From: Dicyema japonicum
Taxonomy: Eukaryota > Animalia > Dicyemida
Assembly: GCA_011109175.1 (NCBI GenBank)
Contig: RDEW01000153.1
Span: 1-34,712 of the forward strand
Direction of reading: 5' to 3'
DNA length: 34,712 bases
Positions 10,380 to 21,594 of this stretch are shown here, piece by piece. Positions within the stretch are counted from its first letter, which is position 1, and the number at the start of each line of letters is the position of its first letter. A program made the translations under genes and the position numbers. Below the pieces are notes generated by a model that worked only from the letters and a program-made list of their open reading frames with translations, searched no databases and had not been told where the DNA came from.

Positions 10380-13300
10380 TATTATTTATTTAAGCACTTC
10401 ACAAGAGCCATACTAATTATAGCCCCGCATGTGCAGCAAAAGAAACAAGGTTAGATGTCATCCTTTTCCATGCTCCCCTGTTCCTAGCCAAGGCTCTCAT
10501 GCTGTCCAGGTCGTCGGCATTTGTTAGGTTTTTTTTATACTGACCAGGTCTTTTTGTAAGACTATTGGCAGTGTTGTTCTTGGTCTTCCCGATAGCGGCC
10601 TTCTTCGCTAACATAGTATGTTTCCATAGATATGTTCGGTGGGGAAGTTAATTCCATCCTCAGCACGTGTCCGAAGAGCCTCCATCGGGATTCCAGTACT
10701 TCTAAGCTGATAGGTCTAGTGCTGCATCTCTTATATAAAGCATTCCTAGATATTCTCGTAGGCCAAGTAGTTCCTGTTATTTTTCTCAGCTGACCTCTGT
10801 GGAACGAGTCTAGTTTTTTCATATCCGCTGATGAGGTCGCCCAAGTTCCAGCGTTATATAAAAGTACGGGTTTTATGAATGAGTCGTATAGTAGGATTCT
10901 CATTTTTGTGTCGATGCCTTTTTGATTGAGCCATAAATTCTTCAGTTTATATAACGCAGCATTGGCTAGAGTTTTCCTACGTAAAATATCTTCGCTATCT
11001 CCCATAAGTGAACCGAGTTTCTTTACTTGTCGCCACTTCTCTTCTAGGACGTTACTCATCCTTCTTATCTCTGTGAGTTCTGTTTTTCTCTGTTCACAGT
11101 AAGAAACCATTTCCCTAGTACATCTGGTGCTTTTTCTAATAGGTTTTCCAGGACCTCTTTGTCTTCAGAAATTAGGTCTACATCGTCCGCGTAGATTACT
11201 TCTTCCGTCTTTCCTTGGTATGACGGTCTAAGTTCCCTCATAGCGGCTTCCAAATAAATTGTGAATAGTAGAGGAGAAAGAGAGTCTCCTTGTGGAGTGC
11301 CCGTATTTGTTTCAAATTTTCTTGAATAGGTTTTTCCGACTCTCACAAGGAGCTCAGTGTTAGAAAGTAGAATTCGGATCATCCTTAGACTCGATTCATC
11401 AAGAAATCCGCCCAGTACCCCCATTAATTTGTTCCTGTTAACCGTATCAAAAGCTCTTGATAGGTCAATTCCCAAAATATTGGTGGCGTTACGGTATCTT
11501 TGATATGTTGCACACCTCCATCTGTGACTCCAGACTGCATCAGCTGTGGATCTCCCTTCTCGAAAACCACTTTGACTATCTGGTAGGTATTTGTAAGCAG
11601 GTCCTTTTATTCGTTCAAGCACAATGTTTGCCAAGACTTTGCGTAATGAATTTAGTAGTATGATGGGTCGCAAATTTTCGAGCGGTCCTCTGTTTTTGTT
11701 AGTTTTTTGTATGGGGATTAGTAGTCCCGTACCCAGAGGTAGAGTTGAGTTAGTTGAAAACATTTCATTTAGTAGTGTAGCGATTTTTTCAAAAAGGAGG
11801 TCAGGGCCGTATTTCAGTAGTTCTGGGTTTATCGCATCTGGTCCGGGGCTTCTGTTATTCTTGAGTTTTCGGCAGGCCGTTTTGATTTCCTCGGCCGTGA
11901 TTGGTATCTTAAGGGGTCTTGGCCTTCCATCAAATGGGTGGATTGCTATGGTTTTGATGTTGAAAAGCTTCTCAAAGTGGCCGCGATGGCTTCAGTTTGT
12001 TCTTTGGTGTTCAGTATCAGCTTACCGTTCTCGTCTTTTATGGTTAGTCGACTTCGGTTCGTTCGCCGCAGCAAACGGGCAGCGACGTACACCTGTGCGT
12101 TGTCTTTCACTTTGTTTACTTCTTCTATACAGGAGGCTATTTCTTCTATGAAAAGCTTCTTGTTCAGACCCTTTATTTTTCTTCTGACACGTTGTCTTTC
12201 GCCTTGAAGGGCTTTTATCGCATTAGTGTCAGTGGCATTTGATTTTCTCATATTTATTTCTTTTAGACTTTTCGCAAGCTCGGGAACATCTGGATGAATA
12301 GCCTTCAGGTGCATTTTACTATTCTCCCTTTTGCCAAGACATGCTTCAGCAGCTTCGTTGATGGTGTCCTTTGTGCGTTTCCAGGCGTCTTCTAGCGTGG
12401 TATCCACCAATACGTCCTGCAAATTAGTCTGAATGTATTGTTGATATCTCTCAGTAATCTCCGGTTGAGAAATCAGCCTTTCAGTCGCGTAGTCGCCTCT
12501 GATTTTTCAAATTCGTGATTTTTTGCATTCCTGTATTTAGTGGCATGTTTTTTCAGGGTGAAGGTCGCAATAACCATCTTGTGGTCGCTGACAGTCGTCG
12601 AACCTTCATATGAACGTGCGTTTACTAGTAGGTGTTTGTCTTTAGCCCGGCATATGACATAATCGATTTGGTTGTATATTGGACCAGCTTTCCTTCTGAG
12701 TTCCTTCGCTTCCCCATCCACGTAGTTTTGTGGCAGGCAGGATGCGTAAATGCAGTATTGCATAGGAAAAGGTTGTTTGCCATACAAAAGTGACCAAGTA
12801 TTGTCCCGGGTAAATTTCTTATTCCACGTCCATGTTCTCCCAAGAAAACATCATCCGGGTTATTCTTCATCCCGACTTTTGCATTCAAATCACCAGCAAT
12901 GAGTATTAGTGATGACGACTCATATTCGTTGTACGTCCGTAACAGTGTTGAATAGAAGTCGTCTAGTTCTGTCGGATCTTTCGCTACTCTCCCGCAGTGT
13001 GGCGCATAAACATTTACAATTGTCAGAAAGCTCTTCGAAGGAGGTAAGTCGTTTAGCCGGATTTGTATAACACAGATCCTGTCATTCACACTCCATATAC
13101 GGTGGACTGCACTTGTCAGCTTTGAGTGGATGGCAAATCCAAGTCCATAATGTTTGAGTCGCTCGGCTGACATATAATTCGATATTCGCCAAAGTTTTCA
13201 TCAAGGCTACAAGTGACTTTCGTCTCTTGTAGACACCCAATAGAAACGTCGTATCTCTCCAGGTCATCACAGAGAATCTTCCTCGACCAGGTCGTAGATA

Positions 13301-13440
13301 AGGCCTCTAGCATTGAACGTAAGGACTTTTAGACGAGATGCATCCCTTTGTATCCATTGCCTTTTAGACATTTTCCTCAATTGCGATCCAATCAAGAAAC
13401 GAGGCACGTCACCACCTCACCAAAAAATTCCAACTATAAT
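10380..13440 (-). mobile_element. Near full-length RTE-clade LINE (APE + RT), multiply frameshifted
   Basis: ATG at 13371. APE motifs KVLTFNARG, CLQETK, NVYAP, AGDLNAK, NQIDY, SDH. RT motifs RPIILLN, DLSRAFDTV, PQGDSLSPLLF, YADD. C-terminus RWRLFGHVLR...GRPR...LARNRGAW. (TAA)n-like tail at 10380-10400. Confidence 0.92.
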
Positions 13441-13480
13441 CACAGGAATTCTGATTAAATAGGACCATATTCGGTTTCAA

Positions 13481-13785
13481 TAATTTGGGATGCTGCCTGT
13501 ACTGACAGCTTTTCCCAGTCGAAACTTTTGAGGTCGGCAATGAAAGCGGGAGAGGCTGCCCGTTTATATGAAAACTCAAAAATAAAGAAATACAGCAGCC
13601 TCCTAAACCGTTTCCATGTACAGCCAGTCGTCGTCGAGACGAGCGGAGTCTTTGGCCCCAAGATGGTCTCTTTCCTTAGAGCACTTGGGTGTCTATTGAC
13701 CAAAGCCTAGAGGGAGCGTCGGGAAACCGAGTGGCTTTTCCAAAGGATATCCCTGGCAGTAGTCAGAGGTAACAGCCACCGATCA
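13481..13785 (+). mobile_element. CRE-like retrotransposon 3' (RLE) fragment
   Basis: IWDAACTD...AARLYENSKIKKY...PVVVETSGVFG...ETEWLFQRISLAVVRGN; premature TAG. Confidence 0.85.
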
Positions 13786-13827
13786 TATGCTGACTCAGTA
13801 ATTAACTACTCATGTTTCCTAATAATN

Positions 13828-14186
13828 GGTCAATAGAAGACCCAAGTGCTCTAAGGAAAGAGACCGTCTTGGGGCCAGGCAGCATCCCAAATTAAGCATT
13901 TGCCCCGAGAGAAGGGGAAGACAGTAATTCCATCGGGTCGCTTCCCATCATCCCTACTCAAGCCCGTTGGCTCTAGAATGGATGGGTATCCCGCCAACTC
14001 GAGGGCGCGCTCACCACTAGAGACGAGCGGAGTCTTTGGCCCAAGACGTCTCTTTCCTTAGAGCACTTGGGTGTCTATTGACCAAAGCCTCGAGGGAGCG
14101 TCGGGAAACCGAGTGGCTTTTCCAAAGGATATCCCTGGCAGTAGTCAGAGGTAACAGCCACTCGATCATATCCGCTGGACTTTAGA
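13828..14186 (+). mobile_element. Rearranged CRE-like 3' end with an inverted upstream segment
   Basis: 13881-14019 read on the minus strand is [44 protein letters not shown]. 14020-14186 on the plus strand is ETSGVFG...VVRGNSHSIISAGL*. 13828-13880 is an inverted repeat of ~14036-14085. Confidence 0.8.
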
Positions 14187-14286
14187 ACGATTTTATTGTT
14201 ATTGTTAAAATTAAAATATTTAAAAAAAAATTTATAATAAAATATAGTTAAAAATTTTTATTAATGGAAATAATTAAAATAATTAA

Positions 14287-14990
14287 TTAACACGGCCATC
14301 CATCCAAAGTGGACCTCGCCGACATTATTGACGTTGTGTTGCCTCTCACGATTGAAACAGAGATCAACTGGAGAAGCCACCGGGTCTCACGTGCGTCGTG
14401 GCTTTTTAGTGTAGCTAAGCGTCCCAATTTCTTTAGGAAGCGAAGCAATTCTTCACTTATTCCTCCAGTTGTCTCGACCACTATCGGATAAAACGCGAAT
14501 CGGTTCATAAATCTTCTCCTTTGCTCTCATCGTTTATTCCGCGGCATACAGTGTGTCAACCGCGCCCCGACAATGTTGGATAAGCAAGTGTGTCGACACA
14601 AGTTGCGCCCCAGACCAAAGGTTTCCCCTCTTCAAATGGGAAAATTGTGATCCCTTCGGGACGTTTTCCGTCTCTTCTTTTCCAGGCCAACAGGTTCTAG
14701 TATGGCTGGTATCCCGCGGACTCCAGGGCTCGCTTAACAATCTGTTGATCGCCTTGTGTCTTGGGAATCGTCCTGCATTTCTTCGACAAGAGAGGGCATG
14801 GTGTCCATAACAATCGACGGTTGCGCCACACCGGGCATTTGTGAGTCCGACAAATATCCAGTCCAAGTCTGGTGGAAATGCCGATGCGGACAGTATCGTC
14901 GTCAAGGTGGGTCCCGACACTACCAACGGGGAGTGCATTGATCCAAGCGCCACTCGATTCGCATCTTCCAGTGACTAGACAGGCACGTCT
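14287..14990 (-). mobile_element. CRE-like retrotransposon 3' portion (CCHC knuckle + RLE), frameshifted
   Basis: CGATVDCYGHHALSCRRNAGRFPRHKAIN; [25 protein letters not shown]; FYPIVVETTGG...IVRGN. Confidence 0.9.
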
Positions 14991-15370
14991 GTGTTGGTTT
15001 GATTGGTTCAGAAGCCTCTCATATTTATCCTCGCAGATTTGACTTTATAATTTTTGATTAATATAATATTTTTGATTAAAAACTACATTTTTATAAGTTT
15101 TTCCAGGTCTTTTTGTCTTCGACTCTTTAATTCCTGAGTCATCTAGGGAATCGGATTTTTACACGCAAAGGAGATCTCCTTGAGCGCTAGTGGCTATTTG
15201 CTCGGTCGATTGTTTCTTTAATGTAATAAAGGCAAAAAATTATAAGTAAATAATGAACTAAAACTACAAAAAATAAGATTCAAAATATAATATTTTTTAT
15301 AAAAAATATAATTATGAATAAAAATAATAAGATTCTAAATTAATAAATTTAAATTTTTCCATGTTTTGTG

Positions 15371-16061
15371 ATGGGTCACGTGAAGCTACCGCAGAAGAAG
15401 TATTACCGTCAAAGGGCTCACTGTAATCCAATGTCAGACGATAATTTCGACGTGTTTTGTGTGTTTTTACCGCCGTAGCCCTGTTACGGCCGTCACAGTG
15501 GAATTTCAAATGTCTTTTTAGTCAAGACGACGCCAATCTTGCTGATGAAGAGATCAGAATTGTTGATGTTGGCTGTGGATTCGGCGGACTTTTATGTATA
15601 AAACTATTCTGACTCAACCTCAGTTCGACTCTCTTCGCTTTTCCCCCAAAAGCTAATAATTGGACTGGAGATTCGAAGGAAAGTCTCGGAATACGTGAAA
15701 CAGAAGATTCTAAGCCTAAGAGAAGACGGCTTCGGTAACTTGGCTTGTCTACGGACGAACGCTATGAAATACCTAACAAATTATTTTAAGAAGGGGCAGG
15801 TTGGGAGGATCTTATTTGCAGCTGGAGAAGATCTTTATACTGTTTCCTGATCCCCACTTCAAGAAGTCTAAGCACAAGTGGAGATTCGTCAACTCCAGCA
15901 CAGTCGACGAGCTGGCCTTCGTCTTGGCGATTGGCGTAGTCCTAGTTGGATTTTGTTAGGGAATCGTCTATACTATTACAGACGTGGAGGAACTGCACGT
16001 GTGGATGGATTCCATCTTCTCGGCCCATAAATTGTTTAGGAAGCTCTCTGAAGAGGAACTG
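15371..16061 (+). CDS. TRM8: tRNA (guanine-N7)-methyltransferase TRM8/METTL1, 5 recoverable exons; native last exon missing
   Basis: Spliced protein [23 protein letters not shown]...[10 protein letters not shown]...GLEIR...RTNAMKYL...[12 protein letters not shown]...[13 protein letters not shown]...EEEL. Introns 15459-15478 (20 nt; donor least certain), 15596-15623 (28), 15800-15821 (22), 15936-15959 (24). The donor GT at 16062 has no native acceptor or final exon. Confidence 0.93.
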
Positions 16062-16078
16062 GTTTGTTTGTTGCTTTT

Positions 16079-16358
16079 CACACTGTATTCCGCGGAAAAA
16101 ACGATGATGGCAAAGGAGAAGAAGTACGAAGCGCTACGCGACCGATTCGCGTTTTATCCGATAGTGGTCGAGACAACTGGAGGAATAAGTGGAAAATCGC
16201 TTCGCTTCCTAAAGAAACTTGGACGCTTAGCTACACTAAAAAGCCACGACGCACGTGAGACCCGGTGGCTACTCCAGTTGATCTCTGTTGCAATCGTGAG
16301 AGGCAACGCAACGTCGATAATGTCGGCGGGGTCCACTTTGGATGGATGGCAGTTTTAA
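16079..16358 (+). mobile_element. 5'-truncated CRE-like 3' end inserted in the TRM8 final intron
   Basis: Close nucleotide match to the reverse complement of 14290-14552, starting at CACACTGTA. Encodes AKEKKY...FYPIVVETTGG...IVRGN. Confidence 0.9.
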
Positions 16359-16627
16359 ATATGCTTTACTGGATATAAATCAACTGATTATTTTTCTAAA
16401 ATTTGATTGATTTGAATGATAATGAATACGCAATTTATGAAAATGAATACGCAATTTCTAATAATGAAAAATCCTGTAAATCTTTAATAACATTTCCTAT
16501 ATAAAAATGCAAAAAAAGTCGATGGAGTTTCACGTACGGCGGAGTTCCACGTGCGGACGGTGACAATTATCATTTTATTTTTTTATTTTAAAACCAAGAA
16601 TCACAGACAAATAAAATATAAGAGAGT

Positions 16628-17235
16628 GGGGGCCGTCAAGTGATCACGGCCTCCTTAGGCAGCCACCTCATCTTTTCTGGTGTTCCTTCCGAGAACCGAC
16701 ACACTTCCTATATGGATGATCCACTTGTTGGAAAATTGGAGGTTTCAAATGGGCTCCCGCGTGGCTAATTGGTTTAAGTTTTATGTTTGTTTGTTTACAT
16801 TCACTTCTTTCTCGGTGTATCCGGGGTTAATAAATAAATGGGCTTTCATTTTTTTACAGGTGCCTCGAACGGAGTTGGCATTAGTGGCGAGGGTGGGAAC
16901 CTACTCCCCTCGTGACTATTACTTGGAAAGGAATCGATTTTCTTTAGGTCGGTATAGGATAGGTGAGTACCCCATGTAAAGGTGATTTATTGTGGAGTGG
17001 AAACAGTTTTTGTAGTATCTAAGTAGAGTTTTTACAAAATTTAGTTTTTGTTGAGAGGAGGAAATGATGTTGCTGGCATGTTATATGAAGGTCATATGGG
17101 GTTGGATATGATCCCCAGTATTTTGATAGAGTTAGTGGTGGGGATTGACGTTTTATTAAGTTCAAAATGATCCAAGTTCCCGTAACGCTAATCCATGACT
17201 TGATCCAAAATTCGCGCAACTCTCCTGCTTAAGGC
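16628..17235 (-). mobile_element. Decayed Ingi/Vingi-like LINE 3' portion
   Basis: Remnants aligning to the post-YADD region (W...W.SV, P.ILG) and TP..L.W of the 19.6-kb element. Terminal hairpin GGCCGT-GATCACTTG-ACGGCC. Confidence 0.6.
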
Positions 17236-17237
17236 CT

Positions 17238-17790
17238 TGATAGGCTATGTATCCTCCACTTGAATCACATCGTACCTAGTGGAGTCAATGCTCTCAAGGC
17301 CATTTATGAATTCTCAATTAACTCATGTTTTATTCTTACATTATGCAAGAAATCGATGATTATCCCTGGACTCAAAAACAACAAGGATTCCTTCTACAGA
17401 CTTATTTCGTCAGTTGTATCGAAGATTTTGAACGAGATTTCAGACTACCTGTATGTTTTCCATTCCATATGTCCCGATTCCGCTACCTCCCCAAAGGTCT
17501 CCCTCTGGAATCTGTTCTCTCACCATCATTTTTAACCCAAACCTCATCGACATCCTAATGACCTAGAAAACGATCCTTCTATCATACGCCAATGACATTG
17601 ATATTGCATCCAAGGATAAACGCATTCATTTGGTATCTGTGATGTCTAAGAAATTCTGACTGGATGGTGACAAACTGGATATCTCCATCCACGTCGAAAT
17701 CCTCAGTAACAATCTTTACAACTGACCGGAGACAATTTAACCACAGACAGAGTATATACCTCAACTACGAACTCCTGAACCACGTTTGAC
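17238..17790 (+). mobile_element. Decayed Ingi/Vingi-like RT fragment
   Basis: DRLCILHLNHIVPSGVNALKAIYEFSIN...LKNNK...SVVSKIL parallels DRISIFHLKHLGPNGLLALKDIYEFSIN...LKNNK...SVVSKIL at 21.2-21.4 kb. YAND remnant at ~17585. Confidence 0.8.
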
Positions 17791-18679
17791 ACTTCACTCA
17801 GTTTTGAAGTACTTTCCACCAGAAAAACGAAAATAAAACATTTTCCAAAAAATACTTTGCCACTCGAACAGCCAGCAAAAAAGTGTCTATCTTCTTGTAC
17901 AAAAAAAATTCATTAGGACGACGCTAAATTATGCTTCCCCATGATGGATCCCTTTTATAGGGCATTATCCGTCTCTTTCTAGGACTGAGAGAGAAGTTCG
18001 GGATATCTTTGGTTACCCTGGACCTCCAAAACTCAACGTCAAAGTAATGGATCTCTGGTTTTTGAAAATTGCCAGTTTCCTAAATTTTAGCGAAAATGAG
18101 GAGGTAATAATTTAAGACTGCAGCCATTGTTGGCTGAGTGGTTGGCACCTCTCTAAGAATGTCTAGTCTTACGATTGGCGTCTTTCAGATGCACCAGACT
18201 CTATTCAAAAACTTAGTGAAGAAGGCTAATGCACAATGGAATAAAGTATCGATTTCCATGACAGCATTGGCGTTTATGGCGGTGCCCAAATGGCCCTTCG
18301 ACGTGAGTGGCCTAATACCGAAGGCACATTACAAGACACCAGTTATTCTCCCAAAAATGCTGGTACATAGAAAACAATTACAGCTGTGGAGTTGAGAAGG
18401 CCAAGGCCACACTAAAAACTCGCTAAACCTCATAACAATTTTACGTTTTTTTTCATATTGTGGGAAATCCAAATTAATACAAAGTCATTCATGTGAAACT
18501 TTTACGTATGTGCAGCTCAAGACACATGCTCTGATTTCAACTCATGTAATCTGTAATCCTATGGTCTCAACCCCCTTTTGAATCTTTCAGTTTGATCGAC
18601 TGGAGAGCAAATCTTAGCCTACACGAAAGCAGTTTTTGTGGCAAACATCCTTCCGTAACTATTTACTGCGTTTGGGTAT

Positions 18680-18880
18680 TTGTGTTTGCCGTTAATATTC
18701 TGGAATAGGTTTTCCGACTCTGACGGTGAACACCATGTTTAACAGTAAAATTCTGATAACTTTTAAACTAGACTTGTCCCCCAATTGTTCAAGTTCCTCC
18801 ATCCACGTTATCTTGTAATAGGCTCCTGATAAGTCTATTCGCATAATATTGGTAGTTTTTGTGTGTCTCTGGTGCGTCGT
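18680..18880 (-). mobile_element. Small decayed RTE RT fragment
   Basis: RIDLSGAY...SSLKVIRILL..TVRVGK parallels GIDLSRAF...SSLRMIRILL..LVRVGK of the 11.3-11.5 kb copy. Confidence 0.6.
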
Positions 18881-18891
18881 TCATCTCCTAN

Positions 18892-19540
18892 ATTTAACTA
18901 CCCAAGACCACGGTAAAACCAAACTAATTATCTCGTGATCCCGATTCATTCTTAAAGCGACCTCATTTTTTCTCTACTCGTTCCCGCACATGAACGTACA
19001 GGACTGAATTTTTAGGGCCACATTCTCGTCATCTGGACTCTAGTCTCATAAGTTCTTCCAGAGGCGTTGGTCCGGTTCGGTAATCTTCACAAATCCAACG
19101 CTCCGTTACTCTGTAAGTCCGCTTTTGGATTTCCTCATTTTCCTCATATTTGTCCAAGATATAGACGGTCCTCACTAGGCGCATCCATATGAGAAACATG
19201 GTTCAATGTACTGTTTGTACAAGTTCATCAGGAGCGGTGAGTACAACTCTTTCACATTCTCGATAAAATTTACAATACGTTCCGAAAAAGTCAGCTAAAT
19301 TGCTTCTAAACATACACTATGACGTGCCTAGTTGGAATCAATGAAAGCTTCATGCACGCCTTGGAGGTACGGCTCTCAGGTCGGCGCTGGAGATCAACTT
19401 TCCAGCATACGTGTAATCGCTCTCAACTGGAGGTTTTTTGGTCCAAGATATCCTACGCTTTCCAACTGGACTTTATTGGTAAAAAGTCTTTGACGAAGCT
19501 AGTCGTGAATGGCGGAAACTGGTTTGGATATATTTAAATA
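18892..19540 (-). mobile_element. Decayed Ingi/I-group-like LINE 3' end
   Basis: NLYKQYIEPCFSYGC..PSISWTNMRK, an RT thumb remnant. Its last ~200 bp recur at 23262-23463. Confidence 0.7.
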
Positions 19541-19591
19541 AATAATTGATTAACATTTTTTAAATAATGTTTTATTATTAAAATATATGAG

Positions 19592-19655
19592 AAACGTGGC
19601 TTTATTAAGGAAATTAACGATATTTTGAAAAACGTGGCTTTATTAAGGAAATTAA
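19592..19655. repeat. 26-bp direct repeat (38-bp period) immediately 5' of the Vingi-like LINE
   Basis: AAACGTGGCTTTATTAAGGAAATTAA at 19592-19617 and 19630-19655. Confidence 0.9.
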
Positions 19656-19798
19656 TGACGTTGTGGTTCACCAAGAGGTGTCATTTGGTTGTGCCTGTGC
19701 CCTACACACTACAAATGAAAAAGAACCACACCATTTCCCTATCGTCTCTCTTCAAGGAGATCTCGATGGCGACCATTGAGCGGGCACGAAGCTTTCGC

Positions 19799-19849
19799 TC
19801 ACAAGAATCCCTCCTGACATCCGGTGACATTGAACTAAACCCAGGGCCG
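19799..19849 (+). other. 2A-like StopGo (ribosome skipping) peptide SQESLLTSGDIELNPGP
   Basis: GAC ATT GAA CTA AAC CCA GGG CCG at 19826-19849 = D-I-E-L-N-P-G-P. It matches the D(V/I)ExNPGP consensus and lies in frame directly before the APE domain. Confidence 0.9.
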
Positions 19850-21386
19850 CAGAATAGACCCATCAGAATCTTACAACTTAACATCAATGGAATCACCTCG
19901 AAACATACCGAATTGGCTGAGTACTTGGTTAAACACCGTATTGACATTGCCCTTCTACAGGAGTCACGTTTTCTGCCTTCTACCCAAACACCAAAATTCA
20001 AAAACTACTCTTTGCTCCGTACTGAGCGATCAAATGGATCTCACGGTGGTGGCCTAGTCACCCTCATTCACAACTCCATCCCATTCACGGATACCACTGA
20101 CCACACATTGACAGCGGCTTCTGATAAACATATGGAATTGCTATCCATCAGCATCAATATTATATCAACTCCTTACACAATTCTGAATATCTACATTCCC
20201 CCTTCGTCTTGCTGCCAGAAGAACTACCGACCAAACCTAGAATTCCTTCAACTATACGAAAACATAGTTATTTGCGGCGATCTAAACGCAAAAGATCCAC
20301 TATGGTTCCGAAACCAGAATTCGGACCACAGAGGGAAACAAGTGATCTCTGAACTGGAACACCTAGTGATATTAAATAACCCCCGCCAACACACAAGATG
20401 TGGAACACGCTCTGGGGATCCTAACACGTCTCCTGACCTTTCCATATGCTCAGCTCCCCTTGCAAAATCGATCTACTGGGATGTCAGATATGACTTACCC
20501 TCAGATCATAACCCTATTCTGATCGACATCTAATTGCATTTTGGACGAACTATGTCGAGGCGAACCTATGTGAACTACAAAAGGGCGAGATGGATCGACT
20601 TCACGGTTGACGTCGAAACGTCGCTGGAAAACTTCTCTGTGAAAGATTTTACCTCTCCAGACAAAGCCATTGCACATTTCAACTCAGCCATCCTTTCGGC
20701 GGATAGAAAGCACGTCCCTAAAGGATTCATCCATGATTACAAACTATTTTTCAACAAAGAAATATTGGATCTCATCTGTGAGAGAAGACACCTAAAACGT
20801 TCCCGAACAACCAACCAGCAACTCCAAGATGAAATTTCTTCCCTAAACAAGAAGATAACCCACCTCATTACGGAGCTCAAAAAGGAGAAGTGGTCCACTT
20901 TCGTCTCTCGATTGAATCCAAAATCAAAACCCCAAAGTTTCTGGAGATTTATCAGAGAAATACAATCAAACCGAATCGAGCACAACTCATGGAGGTAGAC
21001 TTGGAAAGGACAACCAAACGAAAGATTTCCACTGCCAGGCAAATGACTTGATGACTCACTATTGCAAAATGAGTCATATTCCAATGAATAAAGAAAATCG
21101 ACCTCATATTACTAAACCCCCAAGGGTAACAAAGGCACGATTTGAAGTATCAATAAGTCATGTTCAAAAACTCATTACAAACTCAAGAAACTCACCAGCC
21201 ACGGGACCCGATCGGATCAGCATATTCCACCTAAAGCACCTCGGTCCAAACGGTCTATTGGCACTTAAAGATATCTACGAATTCTCCATCAACAAGTGTT
21301 TCATCCCGATGTTATGGAAGAAGTTGAACATTATCCCGATACTCAAGAACAACAAAGCCTCCTCCTTGCCCTCTTCGTTCAGGACA

Positions 21387-21594
21387 ATTTCCTTAACATC
21401 TGTTGTCTCAAAAATCCTCGAAAGGATCATTCTTAACGAAATCACTCCCCACCTCGACCTCTCCGACTCACAACATGGTTTCCGTCCTTTATTTCCTTAA
21501 CATCTGTTGTCTCAAAAATCCTCGAAAGGATCATTCTTAACGAAATCACTCCCTACCTCGACCTCTCCGACTCACAACATGGTTTCCGTCCTTT
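21387..21594. repeat. 104-bp tandem duplication inside the RT
   Basis: Units 21387-21490 and 21491-21594 are identical except CCCCACC vs CCCTACC. The duplication causes a frameshift. Confidence 0.92.

Noticed and set aside
11624-12207. Plus-strand ORFs of 175 and 89 aa, and similar ORFs opposite other LINEs
   Set aside because: Antisense shadows of retrotransposon coding sequence with no independent motifs.
10377-13468. GGACCAT on both sides of the RTE element as a TSD
   Set aside because: Only 7 bp, and the 5' boundary is uncertain, so it could be chance.
16427-16463. 16-bp direct repeat AATGAATACGCAATTT x2
   Set aside because: Only two units in AT-rich sequence; not CRISPR-like and has no spacer pattern.
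16655-16700. GCCACCTCA...TGGTG resembling the L1Tc HDV-like ribozyme core
   Set aside because: No matching P1/P2 helices. The segment lies antisense within a LINE 3' end.
16628-17790. Head-to-head Vingi-like fragments suggesting a twin-priming inversion
   Set aside because: The two halves overlap in the post-YADD region but are dissimilar there at the nucleotide level, so they look like independent insertions of different subfamilies.
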